From contig CM082580.2 of assembly GCA_040954595.2 (NCBI GenBank), forward strand, positions 8,286,390-8,350,389: DNA of 64,000 bases, written 5' to 3'. Every line of letters begins with the position of its first letter. Position 1 is the stretch's first letter. Positions 14,065 through 28,043 of this stretch are shown in pieces. Under the pieces are notes generated by a model. The model saw only the letters and a program-made list of their open reading frames with translations, searched no databases and was not told the origin of the DNA. The stretch comes from Balanoglossus misakiensis. Its lineage: Eukaryota; Animalia; Hemichordata. The translations under genes were made by a program, and so were the position numbers.

Positions 14065-15059
14065 GACACCGTGCAGTAAGTATACTGTATTGCTTGTCAT
14101 TTACCGAATCGGGATTGGTGTTGAATGTTTACCCAACACCCAGCCACACCGCGATGTCCTCTCGTTGTCCGCGCCACCGTGCTTGACTACATAGCGAAGG
14201 TTGTCCAGTTGGATATCTGAAACATGCGAATCTAAAAGACAATCTTATGTGACGAGTCATCATCGACAGGTGGCTATACCATGCCCTCCATAGAGGAAGA
14301 CAATACACGGATAATTACGCTCAAAATTGCGTGACTAACAGCTGTTGCATTTTATTCTCTATAAACGGGAGGACAAAATAACTGACAGGTGGACCAAACA
14401 AGCTTAAATGCAACTGACTAGTCTCCGTGAAGTCTGAGGCATGTGCACGGATAGCCTGTTATAGGGCGCGGCACTGGAAATGTCCGTATAGTATATAGTA
14501 TACCGAGACAGTGGAGCGTGGAATATGGAAAGCGCCCCCAGCAAATCGGGTTATCGGAATTGAAGACACTCGTTTAATTTTGTGATATGACTGAGTATGC
14601 CACTCATTATGATAACTTTAGAGGTATTTATCCCGTTTTCACTTTGTTTTGCTTATATAGTTGGTGTTTTTTATATGTTTAAACGAGCTGATGCAAGTGC
14701 GTGCATCCTGAATGTACATGTATATTGTACCTTTTGGCAGAGAGCTTGGAATGCCGCCATATCAGATACCCTTGGTCTTTTTTATGGTCGCATTTTCCAA
14801 GCAATTATTTTCTGTTTTTACACACCTTTGCGAACGAAATTGGAAACATTCAATCGCCATGTGTGAAAAAAAAAATCAATTTCCATGCGGTGTCTGTTTG
14901 TGACTATGGAAGAACCAATTTATCCCCCAGTTCAGTGCTTGTTTTGTTGTTTTCAACCTGAACTATGGTGCAGAGTTTCTGTACTGTAAACTATACATGT
15001 ATACATTGGTATACGATGATAGCCTTACCTTGATATAATTTGTAATGACTTTGTCGAGA

Positions 15060-15065
15060 AATAAA
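15060..15065 (+). terminator. Candidate polyadenylation signal of GPCR A
   Basis: AATAAA about 1 kb downstream of the stop, followed by GT-rich sequence. Motif only. Confidence 0.3.
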
Positions 15066-15393
15066 TATATATTAACATGTCTTCTCGGCGACCGGTTAAT
15101 GTGTATTGTTGCGCAGGATAATAGCTGTTTCCAGTTGAAAATCAAATCGTCAATGTGAAAATACATCAGCTGCATCGCCTAGTGGAAGAATTTTGACACC
15201 GTTTCATATTAGCCATTGCCGGATGCGCTAAAATATGACGTGACGGATCGGAATATCGCCCCCAAGACCATGAATATGTCACTCTGTCGTTTTCAAAGGG
15301 CGTTGTACAGTACCATCTAGATTTGATTTGACGCTGAAATTTTATATGTAATAATGGATAATTTTGGTGGGGCTACATAGGTATTAACGGTAG

Positions 15394-15404
15394 TTCTCTT
15401 TTTT
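15394..15404 (-). promoter_or_regulatory. Histone downstream element (U7 snRNA pairing site)
   Basis: Purine-rich AAAAAAGAGAA about 10 nt 3' of the stem-loop on the minus strand. Confidence 0.75.
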
Positions 15405-15413
15405 GGATGTGGT

Positions 15414-15429
15414 GGCTCTGAAAAGAGCC
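15414..15429 (-). terminator. Histone mRNA 3' stem-loop (SLBP site)
   Basis: Minus strand reads CCAAAT-GGCTCTTTTCAGAGCC-ACCAC, matching the metazoan histone stem-loop consensus, 60 nt after the H3 stop. Confidence 0.95.
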
Positions 15430-15489
15430 ATTTGGCTTGTGTGCGTTTGAGCACCAGACGGGAGGGGGGGGGGGGCATCGCCGGGATTT

Positions 15490-15936
<447 letters not shown>

Positions 15937-15948
15937 TTATGAGTGTGC

Positions 15949-16017
15949 TTTTATAGAGCTTCCTTGGTAGTGATTGGTCAACCATTCAACAAGTCCGAAA
16001 GTATATCTCATTTGCAT
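15949..16017 (-). promoter_or_regulatory. H3 promoter: TATA box, CCAAT box, octamer
   Basis: Minus-strand TATAAAA at 15955-15949 (about 50 nt upstream of the ATG) and CCAAT at 15977-15973. Octamer ATTTGCAT at 16010-16017. Confidence 0.7.
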
Positions 16018-16803
16018 TTGATAACTTGATGCCCCCCATACCAACTTCGACTGTTGACGCCTGACTTTTCACAATGAACATTATACCAAATAACCCCTAT
16101 ACTATATACGACAGTGTAGACTTGCTCCAAGTCTATGGGCTTCATTATATCATAATAAAAATACATTTCGGAAAATTTTGTTCCGAGTATCTCTCCATGT
16201 ATAGCGTGGGTGGAGGATCGCGCTACCGAAACCAAAAGCTCAACCCGTGCCAGAAACTCGCTCAAATCAAGCACATACACGAAAAGTATTGAGAATTGGT
16301 GTGCTAGTCTAACCACTGTGTGGAGGTACTGTGCTTATAATATTGTACTTTGGATAGCATAGCATAGAATAATGTACATTGTTTTATCTGTCCTCGCGCG
16401 GATAGGAAGTATAGGAAAATCCAGATTTTTGTTGAACTCGTGTGTTAATTTGTCTATGAAGCACGAAATCACACTGCATGACGCAAAAGTTTCACAGGTA
16501 GGTGTTCGCAATCAGCATGGAAGTACAATAGCGCCTGGTAGTCTCTGTGGCGTCGATGTTCAGCCAAACTCAGTGGTCACCGTCAGAACGGATATAAAGC
16601 CTATTCTTGTACCTTTGTCATTATGGAAATTCTCCCGCCATATTGCAATTGCAACGTCAACACTGTGAGGGTGACACCTGTTGTGAGATATGAGTGACAA
16701 TGTGTAAGGTCTCCCGCGAACCTTTTGAACACACGCATATCTTTAGGCACATTGAACTCGAATGTGTTCTCCCCGTACACGGTGGTCACCTTGACGATGA
16801 TAT

Positions 16804-16854
16804 TCTCTCTCTCTCTCTCTCTCTCTCTGCCTCCCCCTCTCTATTTCTCTCTCT
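16804..16854. repeat. (CT)n microsatellite
   Basis: About 12 perfect TC units followed by a degenerate CT-rich tail. Confidence 0.88.
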
Positions 16855-19800
16855 GTATTTGCTGAGAACGTGCGTGCGATTTTACTTGCCTTGTCATGCT
16901 AAGTTGGTGACATTACAAATTCTTTGTGTTCGCCTTATTATAATTCAATGACCCCCTTGAGAAAACGTGATAACTTAACCTTTTAATTACGACGAAACTT
17001 ACAGATTTATTTCTCAGAATGAATTAACGCGCCATGTGTGGCACCCAGCGCGCACAATTTCACACGTAGGCGCCCAGCAAGACGTGACCCAAGTTACGAT
17101 TGTAAATCGCTTTGTCCACGAGGGGCGACGTACATATTTTAACGCTTTAGTACGAACCATTATAAATTATTAATTTTATGACTGTGTATGACTGTGTATC
17201 TTCGTAGTAGACGGAGTATCTTCGTAATCGCTTGGGTATCGCATGGTTGGTTGAAAAACAACAGTGGCTATAATCATATGTTCTTGGAGCCTTCATTCTC
17301 GAAAAAAAATCCTATATGTATTACATTTGTATTACGTGTATTAGAATAGGGGCCGTGGGTCAAGTTAATCCGACAAACAGAGAAGAGTTTCTCGCCATTT
17401 TCATTCAACCGTCCTGTTAACGGCATGAACCGTTATTGTCATGTAAATGTCAATGCAGTTTACCTGCATGTACATGTACGTGTACTTGACACCCTATTCA
17501 GTCCGGCATCCATTACCCAAGCCAACATAGAAAATGTTTCCCGCGATTGCAATGTTAACCCCGCATGCTATGGTCTAAAACTCCGCCAAATTACCAGTAA
17601 ATTTATGCTCCAGACTGTTTACGTACATAGTTTAAATCATATACAAGATTTTCCCTCTTTGTATTGCAATGAGCGAGTAAAGGTAGGACATATGGAAGTT
17701 CACCCATGGTAGCTGGACTCTGTTTTGACCCGGGCGCCATCATTGTACGTGACACTAAATTCAAATGACAACAGACGGACACCAATGACACTAAATTCCG
17801 ACAACTTGACGAAACAATTTTTATTTTATATTGTACATGATATTTTTTTACAAAACACAATGTCAAAATATTTTATGTACAGAAACGGTACATGATCAAA
17901 ACAGTGAAACGAGGAAAATGTACACAAGCTGTACGCGCTGTCATTAAAAGATCTCCCTAACCTGGCCTTTGGTGAGTGCACTTGTCTATTGGTTCAAAGT
18001 CGACAACACGATTAATCTTAAGTTGGGGTTTTCCCCCATTCCACCCTAACGCTAAGAAATTTACATGCTTTATGAAAATTTTAAGCTCCCTCTGGGCTAC
18101 TGCCCGTCAAAGGCATCACAAATGCAGTGACGGTTCACCAAGTTAAAACTGGTGCAAAATACAACCAACAGTTGGCTATACAATGTACATGTAGATATAA
18201 AAATATAACACACAATGATTTTGAAGATTAAAATATTTAATCATATCCACATCTGAACTGTTTATTTCAAAACGTACATGTGTTACTGTTGACAGCACAT
18301 ATAAACAAAGTAATGCAACGTTTGAAAAAGGGCCGCAGAGGGCGCGTGTACTCACTCTCGAAGAAACGGAAGCGTCATTTTCGGACAATGCAAATAATTT
18401 TAATTAATACTGACAGCACAAATGAAAGTCATTCTTTGATCTAAAATATGAGTAATATGACACGATAAAGAACACTGACATACACCATTTTTGCCATTTA
18501 TTGACATATGCACATTGGAGGTGTACCTTCAAGGCCCCGTTATATTAACTTTACTTCAGGCTATATCTGAAGCCACATTTTAATTCAAAACAAAAACGTG
18601 TGATTGTGCGAGGTCGTTGGTGGCGTTTGCCATTTACCGAATCATTCCGAAACCATTTCACAGACAAAATAATCAAGTTGAAAGTATTCCAATTTTGTTC
18701 CAGAGACTTATCAATAAAAAGCATCCATTTCGGGTTAATAAATTCGAAAGTGTACATTTATTATTAGATAAATCAGCGCCATGAAAGAAGTTTCTTGTTA
18801 AATTTATGTCGCCATGACTTAATCAGATAAATAAATTAATGTATAGCTAGCGCTGTCTGACATTAAACACACAACGGAAGAAGGAAACATTAAGTTTAAG
18901 GTATGAGCTCTTACGTCTGAAATAATGGACAGCGCGATTATCCAAACGATAAGGGCCGTTACAAAAATGACGACATGTTCGAGACTCCGCTTTTCGAGAT
19001 GTTTATAAAAAACTAAGAAAACAAAGATATCGATTGTGGTGATCTTGTACGATACGGAGGCAACTGTTCAACAATTACTGAATAAAACGCCAGTAGAGTC
19101 GACAATGTTTCGACAGGTGTCCGGTCGTAAAAGGAGAAGGTCGAGTCTGTAATTGTATGTATAATCTCTGCGAAGGAAGAAGATTGTTACCTAACAGCCG
19201 ATAATTCATCTGTCTCTTGCAGAGTAGGCGTATAATATATCATTTTAAAGGTTACATGGCACGAATGTTACTCCATACTACGATTTTCTCCACATACTGT
19301 AGGATTGTTACCGCCTATTTTTAGCGCGACTTTTTGGTACCAGCAGCCGATAAAACGGAAATGTCATTTTGGGTGCCTAAAGCGGCAGATGACAAGCCTA
19401 ATGTCGGCCATTAGTCTGGTCATGTGACGTCTAAATGTGACGAACCGTACACGGTTGTTTCGTGCTCCTTTTTGGAAATTAACACGTTCGCGCATATAAG
19501 GTGCAAGACTCTCCATTAGCGCCTATAGCGCCTGAGCAACGTGACTAGTGGTTGAAACTAGTCGCGTAGAAATATTTCGTCATCACATTTGAGCTGAGCG
19601 GTTCTAGAAATTGCCCACGTGTATTCCAGTATACACCGCGGCAATCGAGCAATCGTACGGTCTATATCACTGGCCAGGTAAGTATAAAATGATCTTCTGA
19701 TGGTTCAAAGCAGAAACAGTTGGAGCGCGGAATGAGTTGGCCCCCGCACAGCCGTTTATTGCCGCTCCAGAATGACGGTGAAAGTGACCTCTGGGTGTTG

Positions 19801-21362
19801 TAAAGTAGCGGGTCACTTTCATCATCACATACCGTGCCACACGTTTTTGCTAAACTCATACTCCCGCGGCACCTCGTCTTAAATGTATCGGCAAAAGCTT
19901 GGAGACGCCTCACACGAGGCAGTGTCCGCGGGCAATTGGCTATTTTTAAAAAGAAAAAAAAAGTCTTAAATCGAGTCGAAGATAAGTATCTGTTCTCATC
20001 ACGACGATTTTATGTGGTTCTGTCGTATCATTGCGCGGAAATGAAGACAATATAGTCCCAAAATTAAGTCTAGACGCCCAATATGGCGCCGATCCTTAAA
20101 TGAATATATAAACACAAAATGTATTCCAGTTATTATTATATCATCCTTGACGTGCGAGCACACACGAGTAAAGCTTTATGGCTGTTTAAATAAAAAAAAA
20201 TAGTCCGCTTATAGGCAATGAAGGGGTTGACTGTGTTTACTTACAAAATACAACCTTCGCACACCTGTCTAAAAGTATTTTGCATGGTTGCATGCAAATG
20301 TATGCAAATGACGCTTGAAGCTCATAATTATATCGCAGTCAAAGTCTATTTCGTACGCAGAAACTGCATACGCAATCAATGTCTTCAGGCAGATTGTTTT
20401 CACGTGAAATGTCATGAAGAAGGAAAACCAGTCGCCTCGTCCTGGAAAAAATGAACCTCTGTACTATCACGAGTCTTGGAGAACCGCGACGACTTCATCC
20501 AATATCCCAAAGAGCGTGCGAAGTGTATCCGTATAGTTATATAAGTGGTGACGCCATTGAGATTGTCGCTGCACATCCCACCGGTGGTGATGGCTGAAAC
20601 TCCCGGCGCTTGTGCGAAAAGGAGAGACGTAAAAGTAGGGTGGGTGGTTCGTGTTCTGTTGCCGCATATATCCTAACGACGACAGCAATTTGTGCCGTCT
20701 GTGTCGTGTTTCTAGTCGTTTATCCGCAGAAATCAATTGTCACAATTTTTACAGCAAAGTGCGACGACACGTCGAGCTGGTTGCCTTTCGATTCCTGCGT
20801 TAACGTATTATAGCACAACACCACGCTATTCCATTTTTATTCTACACGCCACACCGACAGAATGTCTCTAAAAATATGTTCAAGTCGATGGTTTCCATTA
20901 ACCATAATTGACATTATCATGCCAACCACACTTCGAAACCTATTATGTTATTTTCAAATTCTAAGCTATAAAAACACCGCCCACCCGAATACAAAGACTC
21001 CCTCGTTATGTTTGACGAGTGTAATTCGCTCCTCTCACCCATAACATGAATATCATGTCATATTAGATTTTGCTGGTACAGCGGCCTCGAACGGCTTACT
21101 GAATCACTGCCGCAGATTAATTCAACCACTAAAATACTGTTATATGAATTCGCTTTATGTCTCATTTTATAGTTCTGTTGCTGCGTGTGTCTCTCTGTCA
21201 TTTTGATGCGATTTCAGTTATATTTTATAGGGTAGCCGTCAAGTGACTGGATTCGTGGCGGGTTGGTGCCACGGTCTCCCAACGATCTGAAAGTCTTCTT
21301 GGAGAGTTTGAAGTCAACGCATCGGACTCTACGGCAACCACAAGGTACGCAAGTTGTTGTTA

Positions 21363-22143
21363 GGCTGCATTCACAAACACCTCTGGAGGGGGGGGCAGGA
21401 GAATTGAGGGGGGGGATTTGAAAAAAATGAGGGTATGTGAGGGGGGGGGATTTGAAATAATTTAGGGACTGAAAGGGGGGGACTTGAAAACTTTAACGAC
21501 TAAATATTTATTTTGAGTCCACAAAAATGCAGTTTCGCGCCCTTTATTTTACAAAATTTTCTCATAACCCACCCCCTCCATTCATCAACACCTTTCAATC
21601 ATTGACTGGTTTATCTAGTGTCCAAGGTCAGGGGACTTGCCCCACCCTATGATAACTTTGAGCGCCGACGGTTAAATTTGTCCTCCCCAACATACCGGTA
21701 GTTGAGTTAATTTGCTTTTGCCGGGTTCATTAAAATGCAGCTTTGAGCTCTGTATTTTAGAAAATTTTCTTACCTGGGAGGGGGACACCCCCTCCCAAAC
21801 CCACCCCCTTTCAATTCTCGGTTTACAAAGTCTCCCAACACAGAATACAAATATATGTACTTAAAAAATAAAAACAATGTTCAGTTTTAATACCCACTGA
21901 TGAGGGGAAACATCAGTTTCAAATTCTTTTCATGGGAGCGCTGTTTTTCTTTTTACAAGATAGATAGGTGATGTGTTTTGCTCTGTGAAAGACAATGGGG
22001 GGGGGGATTTCAAAATTTTGGCAGTTCGGAAGGGGGGGATTTGAAAATATTGGCAGTTCGGAAGGGGGGCATGTGAAAATTAGCGGTAAAAAAAATTGAA
22101 TTCTCCCGCCCCCCCCCCTCCAGAGGTGTTTGTGAATGCAGCC
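21363..22143. mobile_element. PIF/Harbinger (Tourist)-like MITE, 781 bp
   Basis: About 43-bp terminal inverted repeats GGCTGCATTCACAAACACCTCTGGAG(G)n-C-R-GGAGAATT, flanked by a TTA/TTA target-site duplication (21360-21362, 22144-22146). No internal ORF. Confidence 0.9.
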
Positions 22144-22612
22144 TTATCACGGTCAACTTTAGCCGTCTACATACGGTAGAAATACAGCCTAGGTCTACTG
22201 CAGGCCTCTGAATCGATCTTGATTCACATTTACATACATGAATATGCAGGTTCAGTGTTATTCAAGAGTGGTGCTGACTGGCGGTTCATATGTCAGGCCA
22301 AGTGAAAATAACTTCTGTATATAGCCAGTTAACTTAAATACCATGCACCAGAGACAACCACACACAGAGTATATGTACACCCTGTAGGCGTGGGGAACTT
22401 GTGTCGGCTCCTGTACAAATTGGTTCATCAACTCTCGCCCTCGTTATCGGACATCTCGTAACCTGCGCCTGTTTACGCGATCATGCGAGAACTTGTATAG
22501 TGCATGCTGTGACGTCCGAGTCAAACTGTTCAGTTCTCTCGGGAGATACTCCGCGGCAGAAGCCACGAAATCAGGTACAATCGTAATCCCTGAGCCGCTC
22601 TTTAAGATAAAA

Positions 22613-23262
22613 TCACGCTTGAGACGGCATAGCCGATCCTGATTCGATTTTCTGACGCATCAGTGTCGCGGCAGTTGAGCGGGTCCCGTCCGTGCCGGCG
22701 CCGGCTATGTCGTCCCCTTGGTCCACGGTGGCCACCGTCGACGAGTGCTTCTTGAAGCACTTGGGGAACACCTTCTTGAAGCACTTCCTGAAGTTCTCCC
22801 CCATGAAGGCGTAGATGAACGGGTTCATGCACGAGTTCGAGTACGACAGGCAGTTGGCGAAGAGGTGCACGATGAAGATGGCGTCGTTGTTCAGGTCGAA
22901 CTTATGCGGGGCGACGCTTGGGCCGATGGCCATCACGTGGATGGGCAGCCAGCAGACGAAGAACAGCAGCACCACCACCATGACCATCCGGGTAATCTTC
23001 TTCTTCTGCTTCAGGCTCTGCGCGTGCAAGGAGGATGCCTCCCCGGGGACTACTTGATTCCACAGGCGGCGTAACATCATGGTGTAGCAGGCGGTGATGA
23101 TGACCACCGGCAGGGCATACGCGGCAACGAAAGTGTAACTGTACCACCCAACGACCCAGCTTGCGGAAGGCCATCTTTCCACACAGAATGGACGTATTCC
23201 GTACCACTCCAGATATGCAATATCCCTGTAATACGCTATAGGAATGGCAATCAACGCCGAAC
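22613..23262 (-). CDS. KISS1R: Kisspeptin receptor-like GPCR B, coding exon 3
   Basis: Pyrimidine tract + TTGCAG acceptor. Encodes FCVERW (ECL2), YALP (TM5), CWLPIH (TM6) and CLSYSNSCMNPFIYAFMGENFRK (TM7/helix 8). Stop TGA at 22615-22613. Spliced CDS 384+136+650=1170 nt (389 aa). Confidence 0.93.
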
Positions 23263-26200
23263 CTGCAAGAAAAAGAAAGTGAAAACCTTATAAAAAAAAA
23301 TTAGAGGGAGAGAGAGAGACATGTTTTCCGATTCTATCATTTGACGGTCGTGATGAAATTCAGTCTACCAGCGAGGACCGGTAAACATGGCCGTAAAAAT
23401 ATATGAAACAGACAGGCTATAGGGATTTTTAACACCCGATAACCTAAAGGGCCAGGACCCACGCACCATTTGCTTCACAAGGAGCCAGTTATCATTTCAA
23501 TTAAATGCATTTCGGCGGCTTTTAAGGGCCACTGTGGAAGCAATGTATGTTGTCTACCTACGCATTCCATGTCTACCGTGCCCATTTAAAAAGATCTACA
23601 AGATTGCATATATGGATTGGTGATATCTGATATGTTACTGTTCAACGTCGGTTGTATACAATCGTAAAGGTTAGAATATGCTAATGACGTTAACCGTTCG
23701 TGTATCATGAGCGTTCATTATACTGCAGTTATGTCTTCATTTGTTTCAATTGGCGAATGTTTACTTTGTCGGGAGTAGTGTTTCCACTAAGATTTCATCC
23801 GTTTCAAATGACACGACAAAAGCTTAATATTTTCATAGGGAAACAGATTGGAAAGAAAACGCTCTCATATTGCATTTTATTAATCAATCCAAGAAATAAA
23901 ATACTACTGTCTGTAGCAGCCCAAATCTGATATTTTAAATGCTTTAGCTAATGATAAAACAACTTTTTTTTCCATATGCAAGAATGATGTATAAAAGCAC
24001 ATTCGGTTTGGTCGCATGTATCATTTAATCGTTCAGCAGGATCAGCCAATATCAAAACAATGTGACAGGGTGAATCATGTTTTTTCCCCTTCAATGATAT
24101 CAGAGTTGTCTGACTTCCTCACTGCGAAACATCTCACAAACTCCCGGGGGGGGGGGGGGGACAAATCTGTGCGCATAATGGATAAATGTTAGTTCTGCCT
24201 CGTTTCTTGAGTTCAATCTTTTCAGCCAAATTTGCAGAAAATGCGTTGTTCATTAAGTATGCCGAATACGTTTCGACTCTGAGTCTTCGCTCTGCTCGTA
24301 ATGGACACTGAATTTCTCTCTCCCTCCCTTGCAAAAAAATACCTTTCAGGAGATTGCACATAGGTCAAAATCCGGGGTATTTGAGTGCGTGCATGAATAT
24401 CAAACAAGATGTAAATAACAGCGTACTTCCACGTTCCAATTAAAGGACACGTGCAGCTGGAGGGGGACAACGAGACCAGAAACGTGCAGCAGAATCATAA
24501 ATGCAAGAACATGTACGCGGATAACAAGGCAGGATGTCAACTCATTTGAGACTAATTAGCTGCTTTATAAGTCCTTCCTTTCTTGATTCGTTGTTGTTTT
24601 CTTGTCGTTCTGGCGGGAAGATTGGCGTTAACACATATTGGAGGTCGCGAGAAAGAGAGTGGCGTTCATTAACGTCCTTTTTAGTCGATCGGCTAATCTG
24701 AACAAACAAGATGTTTGTAACTGCACATTACCCTTGTGTACGGTATTTATAAAATTTCAAAGGTTGTTACGGCGTATTGTGGTGTCAAATCAAACAGACG
24801 CCTTACCAATTTATATATGATTCGTGTAAATCACGTCTCTGAGACACAGGACCGATAAAGCCCTTGACTTATGCTAAAAATCTCCCGATTAGATGGTGCA
24901 TCTTAAACGAGTTTCGGCAGTGTTTTCAGAAGTCTCAGAATGCTTGTGCGAAATAACTCGGTATTCTTTAAGAAATAACATCATATATTAGAACTAAAAT
25001 AAACGGTAGAACCAATTTGCAAAATGGAATGGGACTATTTTACCGGGCTTTGCAGTTTGACGTATCGTACGCACTTAGGCAATCTTGCAGCTATACAAAT
25101 ATGTTGCGAATCCCCTAACGTTATCAGCACTTTGTTGTCATCATGTGGCATGTACTGATGACGCAATTCAATGAAAACCAAATCGATTCACGTTTAGCTA
25201 TCTTTCGAGGAGGGGACGGGAAAGACTGATTACATCGTTTATAGATGTCATATACTGTTTGCATCTAAACTGGCATACAATTAAAATAGATCTAATTGCA
25301 ATAGTGCCTGGAACGAGACTTTTGTCCCGCTGTAGCAAAGCACACGAAAGCGACATTAATGCAAGGGCCACAGAAAATGTCAAATCTAAATTGAACAATT
25401 CAGGGCTTTAACAGATTGGACATTTTCTACGCTTGTATGTACTTTGGGATGTTAACAGAACATCAACCAAATATACAGACCGACGTAGAATGAAATGCGT
25501 GTGCACCAATAATTCCTTTCCAATATAATTCAATTCAGTTCAGTTTACCATCTACACATGTATATACATGGCACTGCTTCGCAATACGCCATTCTGGTTA
25601 GCCCCGTTTGAGTATTTTTTTCATTTTGAAATCTACTGCCGCACTTTTGAAATTAATTCAGGATCCATGAATTATACATGCATTCACAGCAGCCACTACA
25701 GTCAACCGTTGAATTGAAAACCACTGAGTCCTCTCCGTGTTATGATGCAAATCAGTCAAGTTTGTTATCTTCAGTAAATCAATCTAATCGAGCGATTATT
25801 GATATTGAGCGTGGATTATGCTTTAGCACGAATTCATTTTTTAGTTAGAAAATCTTTGCTGCCTGTTAGAGAGAATCCATGCACACCACACACTGAAAGA
25901 GTTCAAGGCAATCAGTTCACTCGAAACATTCATGGCAACACTTATAACAAGCCGTGCCTTCACCTGCGATTGCACTTTCCGTTGAAATGTATTCCTGGAA
26001 GCGTATCACGCATCGCTCTGTCATGGTCAAGCGGTTATTACCAAGACTGCTGTGAATGAAAAGCCGGCCATAATTGATAGACATGGCAATTGAGTTGAAG
26101 GGTAAGCGTGCAGTAGTTGAAGAAAACGTTCCCCATCCTCATTTCGAAAGAAACGGGATTGTAAGTAAGAACCCCACTAGCATAATCAATCCTTTGAACA

Positions 26201-27907
26201 TTCCAATTGATCAAGGCGTAGTAGACAGCACCTCTATTGATCACGTGACCAATTCCGATTTGAGCACGACCCACCAAGAATGAAATGCAGCGGCTTTTTA
26301 TTCAATCAACTTCCCCAAAGATTGCGCTGTATTCTAACTAATAGTGTCAGATTTCCGAGATTCCACTCGTTTTTTATTTTCGCGCCTTGAGGGGTTTCCT
26401 TTCGATTATTTTTTTTTTTCAAAAAAGGGAATCATATACAAACAATGCAGGTATTGGATTATCTGACCTCGGGGCCTGTAAATATTAATCGACTCTTGCA
26501 ATTTGTTTGAAAGAGGATTAGAAATGACACTGTGCTGAATGAAAATGACAGTGTGGTTTGTGTACATCCTTTCAAAATTCTGAAACCTTTAAATGGAAGT
26601 TCACTTCCTCGTTGGTTAGTTATACAGCGAAATGCTGATGATCTGAGCAAATAGCACTGAATCTTCATCATCCATTTTGCCTAGGAATAAATTCACGACA
26701 GTTACCAAAAACTAACAATTTGGCTACTTCTAGAGTAGATTGACACGTTGGGCCCAGCTGTTATATGTCACAGTATTCTGATAAAATAAATGCGCCCTTC
26801 TCAATCACCATGCATGCATGCGGTATACTGCGTCAGAAGCAGCAAAGCAAGAGTTTCAATCACATTGTTTGCAATGATGTATATTGTAGCAGTTAAACTT
26901 TGGGCTATACTATGTTCACTTGCCAGTAACTTTGTCATATCATGGGACCCATACGCGCAGCCGCAGACGGGACGACATCCACCTTTTAAATTACTAAAGA
27001 GGAGAAAGGCCGTCTTGCCTGTCGCCATAAAAACTCTCACTTTTTTGCTATACTAGTAGCAGTTGCAATATTGGAGTATACTGGTTGTTTACTTTGAAAT
27101 TTGCATTGCCCATTGGTGGTGCATGCATCGCAGAGTGTTTTCGCCGGTTTTTCTTCTACAGTACATGTTTTATCGCTCACAGGCGTAGTCGTACCTGGGA
27201 AATGCACATGGACACGAGTCCACGTCTAACTTTATGAACTGTAAATGCTATCGGCGGAGAACAATGAAAACTGCCACAACCAGCGCAACGTTGAATGGAA
27301 CGCCTTAAGCCAAATTTGTCACCCTCGCCCCGATATGTAATCTTGCGAAATCACTTCCCCATTAGTGAAGTAGGAAGAAAATGTCCACCGACAGGCAAGT
27401 CTTTCCCTGAAAGGACACTCGGCCAACACGGAAGTCGGTCGATATTATTGAATAAAAGAGGCGACAGCTTCCTTTTATCCCTGATTTTTGGGGCTGTTAG
27501 CGAAGCAGAGCCGCGCATAAATACAATTATTGCCGACAAAGCGATGTTTGCTCCACAAGGTAGTAGATCTATAATCTTTCGAGTTTAATGGCCCAAAGTG
27601 AGATATATGAGACTATTGCCGTTTCTTGGCAACGTTATAGGGCAGTTTTGTTGATATGTATTAAACTCGTTGCCTGTAATGATTACACAACACGCAGTCA
27701 AAAAACGGAAGTGCGTATATACGAGTTGTGTGAGTAAGTGCAGAACTTTCACTTTATAGAGAGTAAAACATTCCAAGCTGAAACATTTTTTTTCTTGACA
27801 CAAGGCATATGATAAACGTTCATCCCCTTATATCACTTGCAATTGTGCATGGTAATGTGAAACACTTTGAAATAACACGGAGCGTAACGTGAGTAACGTT
27901 CACTTAC

Positions 27908-28043
27908 ATATCCAGATCCCTGCACTTATCGAAGCTGCAACCCTGGGTGTTCTCGTCTTCAACGATTTCAGCGGGTGAGCGATGGCGTAGTATCGATCGG
28001 CACTCATTGCTGTTAGTGTGATGCACGTCGCCTGAAGGGTTAC
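27908..28043 (-). CDS. KISS1R: Kisspeptin receptor-like GPCR B, coding exon 2 (not in the ORF track)
   Basis: Read by hand on the minus strand: CCAG acceptor, VTLQATCITLTAMSADRYYAIAHPLKSLKTRTPRVAASISAGIWI, 136 nt, phase-1 donor T|GTAAGTG. Confidence 0.93.

Noticed and set aside
13411-14186. Long antisense and alternative-frame ORFs over receptor exons and H3 (e.g. 13411-14100, 13566-14186, 10702-11196, 15559-15942, 38586-39233)
   Set aside because: Shadow ORFs produced by high-GC3 codon usage in the real CDS.
19243-20100. TTAAAGG.../...CCTTAA ends suggestive of a TTAA-targeting MITE (similar start at about 44097)
   Set aside because: I could not match the two ends as inverted repeats.
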